Below the pieces are notes generated by a model, which searched no databases, had not been told where the DNA came from, and saw only the letters and a program-made list of their open reading frames with translations. From Felis catus (Eukaryota), in assembly GCF_018350175.1 (NCBI RefSeq), contig NC_058368.1, forward strand, positions 75,642,001 through 75,706,000: a stretch of 64,000 nucleotides of DNA, in the 5' to 3' direction. Within the stretch, counting starts at the first letter, position 1, and each line of letters begins with the position of its first letter. Both the position numbers and the translations under genes were made by a program. Below, piece by piece: positions 63,092 through 64,000 of this stretch.

Positions 63092-63574
63092 TATTGTTGG
63101 TTGAATTATACACTCCAAAAGATCTACTGAAATCCTAATTCCTTGTACCCATGGATGGGATCTTATTTGGAAACAGTCTTTGAGATTTAATTAAGATGTA
63201 AGCAAAGATAAGGTCATACCGCGGTAGGCGGGGATGGGGAGCATTTATCCAATATGACTGATGCCCAAGAAACACAGATACAGATACACACAGTGACAAA
63301 GGTCATGTGAGATACACAGATGCACAGAGAGAAGACACCAGAAATTTGGAGCTGAGTAGCTGCAAGCCAAGGAATGCCAAAGATTTCGGGCAACACCAAA
63401 GGCTAAGAGAAGGGGATAGAATAGACTGGCCCCCAGAGTTTTCATGAAGAACGTGACCTAATCAGAACCTTGATTGAACTTATGGCTTTCAGAAATATGA
63501 AACAATACATTTCTGTTGTTTAAACCTCTCAGTTTGTGGTACTTTGGTATGGCGGCCCTAGGAAACTAATAAAC
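63092..63574 (+). mobile_element. MLT1C-like MaLR solo LTR
   Basis: 'gttgaatt...cttatttggaaa...aggtcatac...caagccaaggaatgccaaagatt...tttctgttgtttaa...ggcggccctaggaaactaata'. Confidence 0.9.
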
Positions 63575-64000
63575 AGAGGTTCTCAGTATGTTGATGTCAA
63601 ATCTCTTTACATTCTCAAAAATTATTGAGGATTCCAAAGAACTTTCGTTTTTATCATCTCTATCAATATTTACTATCTACGCAATTTAGTCTCATAACAT
63701 TTTAAAATATTAAATAACTTATTCAAAATAATAATATGCCAAAGCATATTCACATAAATAACATATTTAAAAATAACTATATATTTTTAAAACAAAAGAA
63801 TTCAATTAGAGGGGCATTGTTTCACAGTTTTGCCAATCTCTTTAATGTCTGGCTTAATAGAAGACAGCTGGGTTCTCATACAGGTTCTGCTTTTAATCTG
63901 TTTCAATATGTTCCTCTGGGTGAAGCATATTAAGGAAATATGGCCTCACACAGAAATATAGATGCATCATTGGGAAAAAGGAGTATTTACCTAATAATCA
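63575..64000 (-). mobile_element. Charlie1-like hAT 3' end (reverse), runs off the window
   Basis: 'cagaggttctca...aaaaattattgagga..ccaaaga' and 'atctctttaatgtctggcttaatagaagacagctgg' are the reverse of motifs at 2300-2845. Confidence 0.85.

Noticed and set aside
1..64000. CRISPR arrays, operons or other prokaryotic systems
   Set aside because: The sequence is mammalian. Dispersed repeats are SINE copies, and no regularly spaced repeat-spacer array is present.

Overview
This is mammalian genomic DNA, almost certainly felid (cat-like). It carries about 34 carnivore tRNA-derived SINEs (CAN-SINE/SINEC), several of the young, CpG-retaining SINEC_Fc type with intact target-site duplications (TSDs). 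I found no intact protein-coding gene, and the window looks intergenic or intronic. The only clearly gene-derived sequence is a full-length but disabled processed pseudogene of RPL31 (minus strand, about 53470-53914). Other recognisable content: the 5' part of a carnivore L1 abutting an inverted L1 ORF2 fragment, old L1M/L2/MIR pieces, three Charlie1-type hAT fragments, MER20, MER45A, MLT1 and LTR16 LTRs, an ERV1-like LTR with a polypurine tract at the left edge, and microsatellites. Most ORFs in the track are repeat-derived or chance ORFs. The most unusual observations are a 55-bp-arm hairpin bracketed by an 11-bp direct repeat (22963-23119), a chimeric SINE with a diverged 50-bp internal duplication, closely spaced inverted SINEs, a composite L1, and several plus-strand exon-like segments. 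I see no convincing evidence of a new biological system. Repeat family names come from recalled consensus motifs, not a database search, and boundaries of old repeats are approximate.
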